A program made the position numbers and the translations under genes. Below are positions 1-8,897 of a stretch of DNA of 64,000 nucleotides, one piece after another (within the stretch, counting starts at the first letter, position 1; every line of letters begins with the position of its first letter). A model generated the notes under the pieces. The model did no database searches. It saw nothing but the letters and a program-made list of their open reading frames with translations, and was not told the origin of the DNA. Source of the DNA: Rhodothermales bacterium (GTDB lineage Bacteria > Bacteroidota > Rhodothermia > Rhodothermales > JBHHWM01); contig JBHHWM010000001.1 of the NCBI GenBank assembly GCA_046756545.1, positions 10,682-74,681 of the forward strand, read 5' to 3'.

Positions 1-146
1 CCGTTGCGGTTGGCCTTCCAGATGTCGCACATCAGGCAGCGGCAGTTGCATCGGCTGTGCGGCATCAGCACCACCACTGGCATCGCGTGGATGCGATGCG
101 TCGTCAGCGTTAGCCGGCGCCGGGCTATGTCTATCGGAGACGGCAT
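1..146 (-). CDS. radical SAM protein, N-terminal fragment (gene continues past left edge)
   Basis: Absent from the ORF track because it has no stop in the window. Minus-strand reading from ATG 146..144 (alternative ATG 83..81) gives MPSPIDIARRRLTLTTHRIHAMPVVVLMPHSRCNCRCLMCDIWKANRN, with a CxxxCxxC cluster motif (CNCRCLMC). It starts 10 nt after the stop of the upstream gene at 157. Confidence 0.6.
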   Translation of the reverse strand, partial: MPSPIDIARRRLTLTTHRIHAMPVVVLMPHSRCNCRCLMCDIWKANRN

Positions 147-156
147 AGGCACCGCA

Positions 157-1626
157 TCAGAAGCCCGTCGTCTCGGGGCGCTGGTAGTGAAACAGCCTGT
201 GAAAGGCGCGCAATTCGATGGGGAACGCATAGAATTCGGTCTTGTAGCGCCAGGCACCGAGACTGCGCAGCATCGCCCGTTTGAGGCCGGTGAGCGTGCG
301 GTCGGTGGTGGTGGGATAGTAGGCGTTGAGGACCCGCTCGAAATTGCGCATTTTTCGCTTGATGTCCATGTCGAGCCACGGCGTTTTCGGATCGCGGCGG
401 AGGGCGAAGTCGCGCCAGACGCCGGTGGTCCAGGCATCCAGGGTGTCGGGGAAGGTGAAGCCGGCCTCTCGCGCATCGGCGTAGAGCGTGCCGTCCATCG
501 CGACCGGCGTGTAGACGTACAGGATGATTTCGGTGGCCGGGTTGACGGCTTTGAGGCGGCGGATGAACTGGAACGTCGTGTCGAGATCGTGTGCCGGGTC
601 GGGCGGGTTGCCGACGACGAAGGAAAACTCCGGTACGATGCCGTACGACTTCATGCGCCGGGCCAGTTCCAAGGTGAGGCGGGGCGAGACCTTGCCGCCC
701 TTGTTCATGCGTTGCAGCACGTCGGCGGAACCGGATTCCGCGCCGCAAAACACCATGTTCAAGCCGCTGCGTTTCAAGGTTTGCCAGGTCGTATCGCTGT
801 AGCGCATCAGTTCGTCGATGCGGCCTAGGCCCCACCACGTCAGGCCGAGCGGCGCGATGCGTTCGGCGGTCTCCGCCGTGCGCTGTTCGTGGATGAAGAA
901 GTCCATGTCGTGAAATTGTACCGCATCCATGCCGTAGTCTTTTTGCAGCGAGGCCAGGGTCCGGGCGACGCGTTCCGGGGATTGCGCCACCCAGCGCCGG
1001 TTCGACATTTCGACGACGGCGCAGAAGTTACAGCCGAAGGGACAGCCGTAGCTGGAGTGATGCGAGCCGACGCGGCGGCCCAGGTAATGCGTGTGGAAAT
1101 AGCGGGCCATTGGGAGCCGGTGGTAGGGCCAGTCGGGCAGGTCGTCGAGCGGGATGAGCGGGCGATGAGGGTTGCGGCGGATGTGCCCCCGGTCTTTATA
1201 AATCAATCCAGGAATCGCCGCTGGATCGCCGCCGTTTCGCAACAGGCCGATGAGATCGAAAAACGTGTGTTCGCCCTGGCTGTGAACGCAGAAATCGACG
1301 GCGTCGTTCTGGAGCACCGTGGCGGTGTGATGCGACGGAAAGTAGCCCCCCCAGATGATCGGCACGCCGGGGAAGGTCGCCTTCAGGCGGCGGCTGTGCG
1401 GCACGGCCATGTTCAACTGCGGCCCCGGCATCACCGTGATCCCGATAGCCGTCAGCTTTTTCGACCGGCCCAGGTCGATCATGTAGCGCACGGGATCGTC
1501 GAGCAGGTTGCCGTCTACGATCTCGTACTCGTAGACGCCCTCCAGCATCGACGCCACGGCCAGTAGCGACATCGGCAGCGGCTTCTTGTGCGACGGGGTG
1601 CTCCAGGGATTATAGAGGAGAATCAT
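157..1626 (-). CDS. cobalamin(B12)-binding-domain radical SAM protein (paralog type 1)
   Basis: Internal ATG (MILLYNPWSTPSHKKPLPMSLLAVASML...) of track ORF 157..2199. N-terminal Rossmann-like region typical of class B rSAM, and CxxxCxxC in SSYGCPFGCNFCAV. The upstream part of the ORF is Arg/Pro-rich and overlaps the next gene. Confidence 0.85.
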   Translation of the reverse strand: MILLYNPWSTPSHKKPLPMSLLAVASMLEGVYEYEIVDGNLLDDPVRYMIDLGRSKKLTAIGITVMPGPQLNMAVPHSRRLKATFPGVPIIWGGYFPSHHTATVLQNDAVDFCVHSQGEHTFFDLIGLLRNGGDPAAIPGLIYKDRGHIRRNPHRPLIPLDDLPDWPYHRLPMARYFHTHYLGRRVGSHHSSYGCPFGCNFCAVVEMSNRRWVAQSPERVARTLASLQKDYGMDAVQFHDMDFFIHEQRTAETAERIAPLGLTWWGLGRIDELMRYSDTTWQTLKRSGLNMVFCGAESGSADVLQRMNKGGKVSPRLTLELARRMKSYGIVPEFSFVVGNPPDPAHDLDTTFQFIRRLKAVNPATEIILYVYTPVAMDGTLYADAREAGFTFPDTLDAWTTGVWRDFALRRDPKTPWLDMDIKRKMRNFERVLNAYYPTTTDRTLTGLKRAMLRSLGAWRYKTEFYAFPIELRAFHRLFHYQRPETTGF

Positions 1627-1649
1627 GGGCGATGGTTTGATAGAGCCGG

Positions 1650-2861
1650 TCAGGGTAAGGCGGGGATGTTGGTTTGGGCCTCGAATAAGGACCAGAGCGG
1701 GTTGTCCAGGAGGATGTCTGCTGCGACCGTCCGCGCAATACGCCGTCGGAGGCCGGAAAGTGATCCCGTCATCCATCGAGGCCGCCCGGCGATGAAGGTG
1801 TCGGGAGGGCCGAGGTCCAGCGCGTTGGCCAGGTCGGGGTGGGCCAGGTGCGGCACCCCGTCGACCAGCACCAGCGAGACGGAGGCGGGCGTAGCTGCAA
1901 GCAGGGTGTCGGCGGCGGAACGTCCGGTGTCGGGGAGGAGGAGCACGTCGGCGGGGGCCTCGCGACGGAGCGTGCCCCGACCGTCTCCGAGGTCGAAAAG
2001 AGCAGCCGCCCCGGTCGTAACCATCTCCAGGAGTTGGGAAGGCGTGGCGAGACCGGTCGCGTGGGCCGTCTTCAACTCGTCCCAGAGCGTCGGTGCGCCG
2101 CTCAGGGTGGAATCCGTTCCCAGCGCCACGCGCACCTGCGGCAGGAGCCGGTGTACCGGGGCCGTCCGTCCGTATAAATGCAGGTTCGACGAGGGGCACC
2201 AGACCACGCCGACGACGCGTTCCGCCAGCGTTCGGACCTGCTCATCCGACAGGGCGATGGCATGCACGAGCACGGTTCCGGGAGCCAGCATGCCGAGCCG
2301 ACCTAACTGCTCGATCTCTTCCGACGAAGCGGTGTCTGTCCCCTCGGCGGCGTGGATGATGTAGGGACGTCCCCGGCGTTGCGCAAACGCCTTTGCAACA
2401 TCCGGGCTGTGCCCTAGCGAGTGCGACCAGGCGTACCGCTCCAGCACCTTGACGGGGTATGCCTTCTGAAAAAGACGGCGATGGTACGGGTTGTGATGGA
2501 CGACGGTCGTGACGCCGGAGACGAGGTTCTTATAGGCACTCCACCGGAGCCGGTCGGGCAGGGAGACGCGCAGGACGTCGCGGATGGGCGACTGCTCCGG
2601 GTGATAGATGTCGCGGCCCCACGCATAAAAATTGGGGTACGGCGGCGTGCCGAGCCGGGGAAAGAGGTTGAGGTCGAGGTGGTCGTGGGCGTTGATGAGG
2701 CCGGGCAAGGCCAGGTAGCCGGAGCCGTCCACCACACGCTCGCGGCGGAGCGGTGCCAACCCCCGCCCCGCATCCAGCATCCGCCCGTGACCGATGCGCA
2801 GGTCCCCGGCCTCGTCGCGGCCTTCCGAGTGCCAACGAATATGTTTGAACAGCAGGTTCAT
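1650..2861 (-). CDS. amidohydrolase-family metallohydrolase
   Basis: Internal ATG (MNLLFKHIRW...) of ORF 1650..3371. HxH metal motif in PGLINAHDHLDLN; later IIHAAEG, LVHAI and ALGTDS motifs typical of the amidohydrolase superfamily. 4-nt overlap with the upstream gene. Confidence 0.8.
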   Translation of the reverse strand: MNLLFKHIRWHSEGRDEAGDLRIGHGRMLDAGRGLAPLRRERVVDGSGYLALPGLINAHDHLDLNLFPRLGTPPYPNFYAWGRDIYHPEQSPIRDVLRVSLPDRLRWSAYKNLVSGVTTVVHHNPYHRRLFQKAYPVKVLERYAWSHSLGHSPDVAKAFAQRRGRPYIIHAAEGTDTASSEEIEQLGRLGMLAPGTVLVHAIALSDEQVRTLAERVVGVVWCPSSNLHLYGRTAPVHRLLPQVRVALGTDSTLSGAPTLWDELKTAHATGLATPSQLLEMVTTGAAALFDLGDGRGTLRREAPADVLLLPDTGRSAADTLLAATPASVSLVLVDGVPHLAHPDLANALDLGPPDTFIAGRPRWMTGSLSGLRRRIARTVAADILLDNPLWSLFEAQTNIPALP

Positions 2862-3571
2862 GGTGCATGCCGGAGGGTGCTTATATCCTGCGTTTTCTTC
2901 CTGGCCCGCAGGGCGAAAACCAGGGGGAAACCCTCGTAGCGCGGTTCTTCGAGCGCCTCCAGCGTGAGGTCCTGCGCATGGAAGCAGCGCACGTAGTCGT
3001 CGAACAGATGAGGGTGGTTTTCGATGGCGAACGTGTGACCGTTCTCCGGGTCGGTGAACGCGCGTTGCCAGCCGCGTAGCACGGCGTACGGGTGAAAGTC
3101 GGAAAGCACCAGGAAGCCGCCTGGACGCAGCACGCGGGCGACCTCGGCCAGCGCCCGTTCCAACGGTTGCACGTGCCCCATCATCAACGCGCCGACGACT
3201 ACGTCGAACGAGGCGGCTTCGAACGGGAGGTCGAGGACGCTTCCCTGTACCCACCGGGCCGTGGGCAGTGCCTCTGCGGCAGCCTTCAGCATCGCTGCGG
3301 AAATGTCGATGCCGACGGTCTCTTTGGTGCCCCGCTCCTGGGCCAGGCGCGATACCCGGCCTTTCCCGCATCCGAGGTCGAGGACGGTGCTGTCGTGCAG
3401 GTCGGGCAGCAGGCAGAGTAAGGCGTCGGCTTCCAGGATCTGCACCGGGTTCATGTTGTCCTCATACCGGGCGGCCCACCGGTCGTAGCCTTCCTGTGGA
3501 GGCAGCACCGGCAGGCGATCACGGGTGCCGCGCAGGGTGTTTCTCAGGCGTTCCCAGTTTTTTCTGAGCAT
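2858..3571 (-). CDS. class I SAM-dependent methyltransferase
   Basis: Motif I VLDLGCGKGRV, post-I GIDIS, and LRPGGFLVLSD (Methyltransf_11/25-like layout). The stop overlaps the downstream ATG (2858-2861). Confidence 0.85.
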   Translation of the reverse strand: MLRKNWERLRNTLRGTRDRLPVLPPQEGYDRWAARYEDNMNPVQILEADALLCLLPDLHDSTVLDLGCGKGRVSRLAQERGTKETVGIDISAAMLKAAAEALPTARWVQGSVLDLPFEAASFDVVVGALMMGHVQPLERALAEVARVLRPGGFLVLSDFHPYAVLRGWQRAFTDPENGHTFAIENHPHLFDDYVRCFHAQDLTLEALEEPRYEGFPLVFALRARKKTQDISTLRHAP

Positions 3572-3592
3572 GGCCGGGCAGCAAGGTGGACG

Positions 3593-4426
3593 TTACTTGG
3601 TGTTTGGTGGCACACTCGGGTAATCTATTACCGGCTGGTCGGTTCGTTCCAGGATCATCAGGTAGTGATCGTTCAGCCAGGTGCCGGGGAAGAAACGCCC
3701 CAGCCGTCGATCCAGCAGAGACAGCCGGGCGAAAAAGCGCGGCCACCGGTCTACCAGATGGCTCGCAAAAGAAGGCGGCAGCACCACGCCGATCCCGGCG
3801 GTCCGACGCACGCGGAAGTACGGGGCGAAATCCTTCCGCAACCGGCGCGGCGACGGGTACCATACTCGCATCGTCGTTCCTTCGTCCAGGCGGGCAATGA
3901 CGCCGGAGCAGAAGCGCCGGAACGCCGTCCGTGGATGACCGCGCGCCAGGTACCACATCCATTCCCACGGGCACAGCGGTCCCATCACCACGAGCACGAC
4001 GCGTCCGCCGGGACGAATCCACCGGGCCAGCGCCGTCGCCGTCGGGCGGCGGTCCGGTAGGCTGTTGAGGACGCCGAAGTTGGAAAAGCCGCCGTCGTAT
4101 GGGCTATCAGCTTCCAGCGCGTCGAGGGAAGCCAGGTCGAGTTTCGCAAAGGTGATACGGTCGGTCAGGCCCTGAAGGGCTGCTTTGCGGCGGGCAACGT
4201 CAATCATGGCCTCAGACTGATCGGTGGCGTGCACGCACACGCCGTGCTGTGCGAGCCGGACGGCATCTTCTCCTGTGCCGCAGCCCAGTTCCAGCACGTG
4301 ATCGCCGGGGGCAAACGCAGCTTCCAACTGTTCCCATACGGCAGCCCTTAGCCAACGTCCCAGCGGACGCTCGGTGAACGTCTGGTCGTATCGGGCCGCG
4401 ACGGTATCGAAGGGGGCAGTGGTCAT
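3593..4426 (-). CDS. class I SAM-dependent methyltransferase
   Basis: Internal ATG (MTTAPFDTVAARYDQTF...) of ORF 3593..4645. Motif I VLELGCGTGED, then ATDQSEAM and IRPGGRVVLVV. ATGA overlap with the upstream gene at 4423-4426. Confidence 0.8.
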   Translation of the reverse strand: MTTAPFDTVAARYDQTFTERPLGRWLRAAVWEQLEAAFAPGDHVLELGCGTGEDAVRLAQHGVCVHATDQSEAMIDVARRKAALQGLTDRITFAKLDLASLDALEADSPYDGGFSNFGVLNSLPDRRPTATALARWIRPGGRVVLVVMGPLCPWEWMWYLARGHPRTAFRRFCSGVIARLDEGTTMRVWYPSPRRLRKDFAPYFRVRRTAGIGVVLPPSFASHLVDRWPRFFARLSLLDRRLGRFFPGTWLNDHYLMILERTDQPVIDYPSVPPNTK

Positions 4427-5826
4427 GGGGTGGCTTTTTCTACCTCGTGCCGGGTGACAAGCATACCCAACCGGCCCGCCCTGGCACCCAGGTATGCCTT
4501 TGCCATCTTTGCATAGTTCCTGGCGGTGCTTCGGCGTTGTTTGTGCCACGCTACTTCGTGGAGCATCCAGCGGCTGGCATGGCGATAAAAGCGCCTGGAG
4601 TGACGGCCCGCCACGGTGAGGTCCCGATCCGAGCCTTCGTCCCACGCCTTGAGAGGGATCAGCCGGTCGGCCACCTGCTCATAATACGGCGTTCCCTTGA
4701 TCGGGTAGGACAACGTCGTCAACACGTGATCGGGCAAGGCGGCCTTCAGGTGTTCGACCGTGGCTTCGATGTCGGCCAGTTCTTCGCCGTCGTATCCCAG
4801 CATAATGAACATCCCCGCCTCGATGCCATGCTGTTGCAGCAGCCGGACCATCTCACGGACGCGCTCGGCGTTTGTTCGGCGTTGCATGGCGTCCAGGATG
4901 CGTTGCGAGCCGCTTTCGCTCCCGATCCAGAGACGGAAACAGCCCATCTCGGCAAGGGTGCGTACGACCTCTTCGTTCAGGCGATCTTCCCGCGATATCG
5001 TTTCAAAAGGGAGGCGGAGGTCGCGCCGCTTGAGTTCTGCGGCGTAGGCAAGAAGCCAGTGTGGTTTGATGGTAAACACGTCGTCGGCATACCAGAGCAT
5101 GTCGGGTTGATACGCCTCCCGGATGTGCGCCACTTCGTCGGCGACGTTGCCCGGAGAGCGGCGGCGATGGCTGTAGCCGTAGACGGCGTGGCTGCACCAC
5201 GTGCATCGGTACGGGCACCCCCGTGCCGTGATGAGCGACACCGCGCCCCGCCCGTGGTGCTCGCGCCAGGTGCGGACGTATTCGTGGAGGTCGATGGCGT
5301 CGCGGTCGGGGAAGGGTTGGGCGTCCAGGTTTTCGAGGTAGGGCCGGGGCGGGGTGCGCGCCACCCGGTGTTCATCGGCACGGTAGGCAATGCCGTGGAT
5401 GGGCTCCATGCTGGCCGGGCCGTAGCGGGCCAGGTGCGGAAGCACTTCTTCCATCGTGTGCTCGCCCTCCCCGATGACGACCACGTCGGCCCCGTGTTCG
5501 AGGTATTCTTCGGCGTAGTTCGCCGGGTCTGGGCCGCCGACGACGACCCGCGCGCCGTGCGCTTTGCACAGGCGGATCTGGCGCAACACCTCGGGGCGCG
5601 TCATCATGTTGGCGTAGATCCCCACGACGGGCGGACGGTGCCGGGTCACGTAGGTCTCAAAGGCGTCTGGATGGCGAAACGTCGCGTCGAAGACCGCCAC
5701 GTCGAACCCTTTCGCCTTGAGGTGCGACGAGAGATACAGGAGGCCCAGGGGCGGGTAGGGCCGCATGACGGCGCGCTCGGTCGGATCCTCGTACAGGTAA
5801 TATCCGTGTGTCAGCAGCAGGTCCAT
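4423..5826 (-). CDS. cobalamin(B12)-binding-domain radical SAM protein (paralog type 2)
   Basis: Internal ATG (MDLLLTHGYYLYEDP...MRPYPPLGLLYLSSHLKAKGFDVAVFDA) of ORF 4423..5955. CxxxCxxC in TARGCPYRCTWCSH; GSESGS motif. Confidence 0.85.
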   Translation of the reverse strand: MDLLLTHGYYLYEDPTERAVMRPYPPLGLLYLSSHLKAKGFDVAVFDATFRHPDAFETYVTRHRPPVVGIYANMMTRPEVLRQIRLCKAHGARVVVGGPDPANYAEEYLEHGADVVVIGEGEHTMEEVLPHLARYGPASMEPIHGIAYRADEHRVARTPPRPYLENLDAQPFPDRDAIDLHEYVRTWREHHGRGAVSLITARGCPYRCTWCSHAVYGYSHRRRSPGNVADEVAHIREAYQPDMLWYADDVFTIKPHWLLAYAAELKRRDLRLPFETISREDRLNEEVVRTLAEMGCFRLWIGSESGSQRILDAMQRRTNAERVREMVRLLQQHGIEAGMFIMLGYDGEELADIEATVEHLKAALPDHVLTTLSYPIKGTPYYEQVADRLIPLKAWDEGSDRDLTVAGRHSRRFYRHASRWMLHEVAWHKQRRSTARNYAKMAKAYLGARAGRLGMLVTRHEVEKATP

Positions 5827-5837
5827 GCAGGTCGGCG

Positions 5838-7253
5838 TTACGATAAACGGGGAGCAGGCATCAGCCGTTCGACCGCCAGTTTTTCTACCGGAAGGCGGTA
5901 AAAATCGCGTTTGCAGCGCCATCGCGCGAGTTGTTGCAGCGGCCAGCGCACCCAAGTGCGGCGGCCCCAGGCCGCCCGGTTGTAAAACTTGAATCGCTCG
6001 ATGAACTCGAACTTTTCAGGACTTACCCAGGGGCCGGAAGATCCGACAAAATCGAAGGCGGCCCACTCCTCCAATGTGTGTGGCAGTGTGTATCCGTCGC
6101 GCACGACGGCGGTGGTGATTTGCGAACCGGGATAGGGTTTGAAATAGAAGATGGGGGTTTCAAACCGAGGACTCATGGAGCGAAGCCGCTTGGCGAGGGC
6201 CACGGAGGCGCGGACGCTGGCATCGGTTTCGCCCGGAAAGCCCACGATGAACGGAAAGATCGCGCCCACCCGGTGCCGCACGCACTTTTCGGCGCAATCG
6301 AGCACCTGGTCGATGGTGCTATCCTTCTGCATCCAGTCGAGCATGTCCTGCGAGCCCGACTCGACGCCGATCAGCACGCGGCGGAGGCCCGACCGGGTCA
6401 GCATGTCGAACACGTCGTCGGAGAGGCGAAAGCCTTGGTCGGCGCGCATGGTGGCCGTCCAGCCAAACCGGAGGCCCCGGCGCAAAAATGCTTCTGCAAT
6501 CGCGACGACGCGCCTGGAGTAGGTGAAGAACGTTTCGTCCTGGAAGGCGAGTTCGTCGAAGCCGTAGCGCCGCCACAGGCGCTCGATGTCGTCGCCCATG
6601 CGTTCCGGTCCGAGGGCGACCCAGCCTCGTTTATAGACGAACGGATCGGCGCAGAAGGCACAGCGCCAGAAGCATCCTGTGGAGGAGATGTAATCCAACT
6701 GTCGTTTCTTTTTCAGGGTAAAGTAGCGCTCGACGGGGAGGAGCGCGTAGTGGTGCGGCGGAAGATCGTTCATGTCCACCAGCGGGCGGGGCGGATTCTG
6801 TATGACCTGTCCGCCGGTGCGGTACGCTATGCCGGGGAGTCCGTGCAGGTCGGCTCCTTCGGCCAGCCGGTCCACCAGTTCGCGGAAGGTTTCCTCGCCC
6901 TGTGCCTGCACCGTAATGTCGATGCCGGGTTCGTCAAGCGTTTCGGTGGCGAAGAGCGAGGGATGCCATCCGCCCCAGACGACGGGCAGGTCGGGGCGAC
7001 GGATTTTAGCCGCCCGGGTAATCCGCAACGCGTCCCGGATCGGCGCGCCGGTGAGCACCGAGACGCCGAGGCACAGCGCGTCGTCGATCTTGGCCAGCAC
7101 GGCCGTTGCCGGATCGTGCTCCAGCCGCCCGTCGATCACGCGCACCTCGTACCGCTTCGGGTCGAGATTCGACCCGATAGCGAGCAGCGCCAGCGGCATC
7201 GTGTAGAACACGGCCTTCGGGTTGTAGAGGACGACTTTATGTTTCAGTCGCAT
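5838..7253 (-). CDS. cobalamin(B12)-binding-domain radical SAM protein (paralog type 1)
   Basis: Internal ATG (MRLKHKVVLYNPKAVFYTMPLALLAIGSNL...). CxxxCxxC in SSTGCFWRCAFCAD; GVESGS motif. N-terminus resembles the 157..1626 product. Confidence 0.85.
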   Translation of the reverse strand: MRLKHKVVLYNPKAVFYTMPLALLAIGSNLDPKRYEVRVIDGRLEHDPATAVLAKIDDALCLGVSVLTGAPIRDALRITRAAKIRRPDLPVVWGGWHPSLFATETLDEPGIDITVQAQGEETFRELVDRLAEGADLHGLPGIAYRTGGQVIQNPPRPLVDMNDLPPHHYALLPVERYFTLKKKRQLDYISSTGCFWRCAFCADPFVYKRGWVALGPERMGDDIERLWRRYGFDELAFQDETFFTYSRRVVAIAEAFLRRGLRFGWTATMRADQGFRLSDDVFDMLTRSGLRRVLIGVESGSQDMLDWMQKDSTIDQVLDCAEKCVRHRVGAIFPFIVGFPGETDASVRASVALAKRLRSMSPRFETPIFYFKPYPGSQITTAVVRDGYTLPHTLEEWAAFDFVGSSGPWVSPEKFEFIERFKFYNRAAWGRRTWVRWPLQQLARWRCKRDFYRLPVEKLAVERLMPAPRLS

Positions 7254-7305
7254 GGGGCATGGTAGGCTATGGCTCAGGTGCCCGTCCCAACGCATCGGAG
7301 ATCAA

Positions 7306-8847
7306 TCACTGAAATGGAGCGGGGGTGGCGGCTTCTTCGGTGGTCATATGTCGGGGCAAGGGCCGGATGCCGTCGTGCGGTACTGTTGCCAGGCGCTCCA
7401 GGTGGAGGCGCGCAAAAGGAAGCGTGACGGTGTGATAGAGCAGGGCCGCCGCTTCGCGCAGCGGGTTTCGCCCCGTGGCGGGACGGCGTCCCACGCTGCG
7501 TAGCGCGTGCCAGGCCTGGCGCGACCTGAATTCCTTGTGCAGCACCCGGTGCAGCTTTCGGTAGAAACCCGTTGTGAAAGGACCCCGGTACAACATCGCC
7601 AGGTCGTCGGAGTCGATCCAGTGTTGCTTGACACCGAGCTGGGCTTTGACAGCCTCGTAGAACGGCGTGCCGGGCAGCGGGTACGAGACGGACACGCCGA
7701 TCTGGTCCGGTCGGCAGTCCCGCACGAGTTGGAAGGTCTGCTCGATAGCGTCGCGGGTCTCGCCCGGATAGCCGAACTGGATGAAAAAGCCGACCTGCAT
7801 GCCGGCGTCGTGGAGCCGCCGTGCCGCCTCGCGGGTTTGCTCAACCGTGATGCCCTTGTCCATCGCGTCAAGGATGTGCTGCGACCCCGACTCGACGCCC
7901 GTCCAGACGATCCGGCAGCCGGCCTGTTTCAAGGCGTCGATCTCGCCGTCTCGAAGCAGCAGGTCCACCCGGTTGAGGCATTTGAACGGGATGTGGACGT
8001 CCAATTCTTCGAGCACCATGGCCAGGCGCGCCGTCCAGCCCGGCTTGATGCCCATCATGTCGTCCATAAACCAGAGGTGATCAGGCCGGTAGGTGTCTTT
8101 CAGCCATTTCATCTCGGCGGCGACGTTTTCGGGGCTGCGGGCATGATAGCGTTGGCCCCAGATCGGCTTGGCGCACCAGTTGCAGTGAAACGGACATCCC
8201 CGGGACGTGACCATGTTCATCGAAAAGTAGCCGTGTCGCCGGTACCAGACGTCGCGGTACCGGGGGATGTCTGCGAGGTCCCAGGCTGGGCGCGGCAGGG
8301 CGTCGAGGTCTTTGATGACGTTGCGCCGGGGCGTGTGGATGATGCGGTGTTCGTCCAGGAGATCGGGGAAGGCAAGGCCCTGGATGGCCTCAAACGGCGT
8401 ATCGGTGCGACCGGTGAGCCGATCCATGAGTTCGGCCAGCGTCTCCTCGCCCTCGCCGACGAGGATGAAATGCGCGCCTCGGGCCAGGTAGGTTTCGGCA
8501 TGATCCGACGCGTCCGAACTGCAAACGATCACGGTGCAGCCGCGTGTGCGGGCCATCTCGATCATCGTCAGGGCGGCCTCGCGCATGCGCAGCAGGCACA
8601 TCTTGGTGAGGTAGTTGAAGTGGTCTTCGTACAGAACAGCGAACCGGGGCTGTTCGCGCGCCAGGGCCTGATCCCATGCCTGCTCCGATTCGGCCAGCAT
8701 GGCGTCGAAGAGGGCGACGTCGTAGCCCCGGCTGCGCAGGTAGCCGGCGGCGTAGAGGGTGCCTAGCGGGGGATAGGGCTGCATCGCCGCCCACAGCTTC
8801 GCGTCGAAGCGCAGATAGTAGGCCTGGCCGAAGAGCACCTCGCTCAT
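7306..8847 (-). CDS. cobalamin(B12)-binding-domain radical SAM protein (paralog type 2)
   Basis: Internal ATG (MSEVLFGQAYYLRFDAKLWAAMQPYPPLGTLYAAGYLRSRGYDVALFDA). CxxxCxxC in TSRGCPFHCNWCAK; GVESGS motif. N-terminus resembles the 4423..5826 product. Confidence 0.85.
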   Translation of the reverse strand: MSEVLFGQAYYLRFDAKLWAAMQPYPPLGTLYAAGYLRSRGYDVALFDAMLAESEQAWDQALAREQPRFAVLYEDHFNYLTKMCLLRMREAALTMIEMARTRGCTVIVCSSDASDHAETYLARGAHFILVGEGEETLAELMDRLTGRTDTPFEAIQGLAFPDLLDEHRIIHTPRRNVIKDLDALPRPAWDLADIPRYRDVWYRRHGYFSMNMVTSRGCPFHCNWCAKPIWGQRYHARSPENVAAEMKWLKDTYRPDHLWFMDDMMGIKPGWTARLAMVLEELDVHIPFKCLNRVDLLLRDGEIDALKQAGCRIVWTGVESGSQHILDAMDKGITVEQTREAARRLHDAGMQVGFFIQFGYPGETRDAIEQTFQLVRDCRPDQIGVSVSYPLPGTPFYEAVKAQLGVKQHWIDSDDLAMLYRGPFTTGFYRKLHRVLHKEFRSRQAWHALRSVGRRPATGRNPLREAAALLYHTVTLPFARLHLERLATVPHDGIRPLPRHMTTEEAATPAPFQ

Positions 8848-8897
8848 GGATTCATTCCGGGTTCTTTGGATGAGATCGGAAAGACCGAACACTGGCC

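Noticed and set aside
1627-2199. N-terminal extensions of track ORFs: 157..2199, 1650..3371, 3593..4645, 4423..5955, 10161..11522, 11425..12822, 14196..15101, 14918..16480, 19493..20611, 20665..22218, 28777..31086 and 60133..60627.
   Set aside because: The extensions are low-complexity R/P/G-rich and overlap the upstream gene. Internal ATGs give canonical family N-termini and produce tidy 4-nt overlaps or short gaps.
4447-5901. 484-aa plus-strand ORF antisense to a B12-rSAM gene. Similar long antisense ORFs occur at 5931..7265, 7507..8766, 17986..19623, 21707..23437, 30914..32614, 34791..36398, 47118..48923, 49913..51289, 53076..54611 and 62314..63465.
   Set aside because: Their translations are Arg/Ala/Gly/Pro/Val-rich with no recognisable motifs, while the opposite strand carries clear family signatures. 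Long stop-free antisense frames are expected in high-GC DNA.
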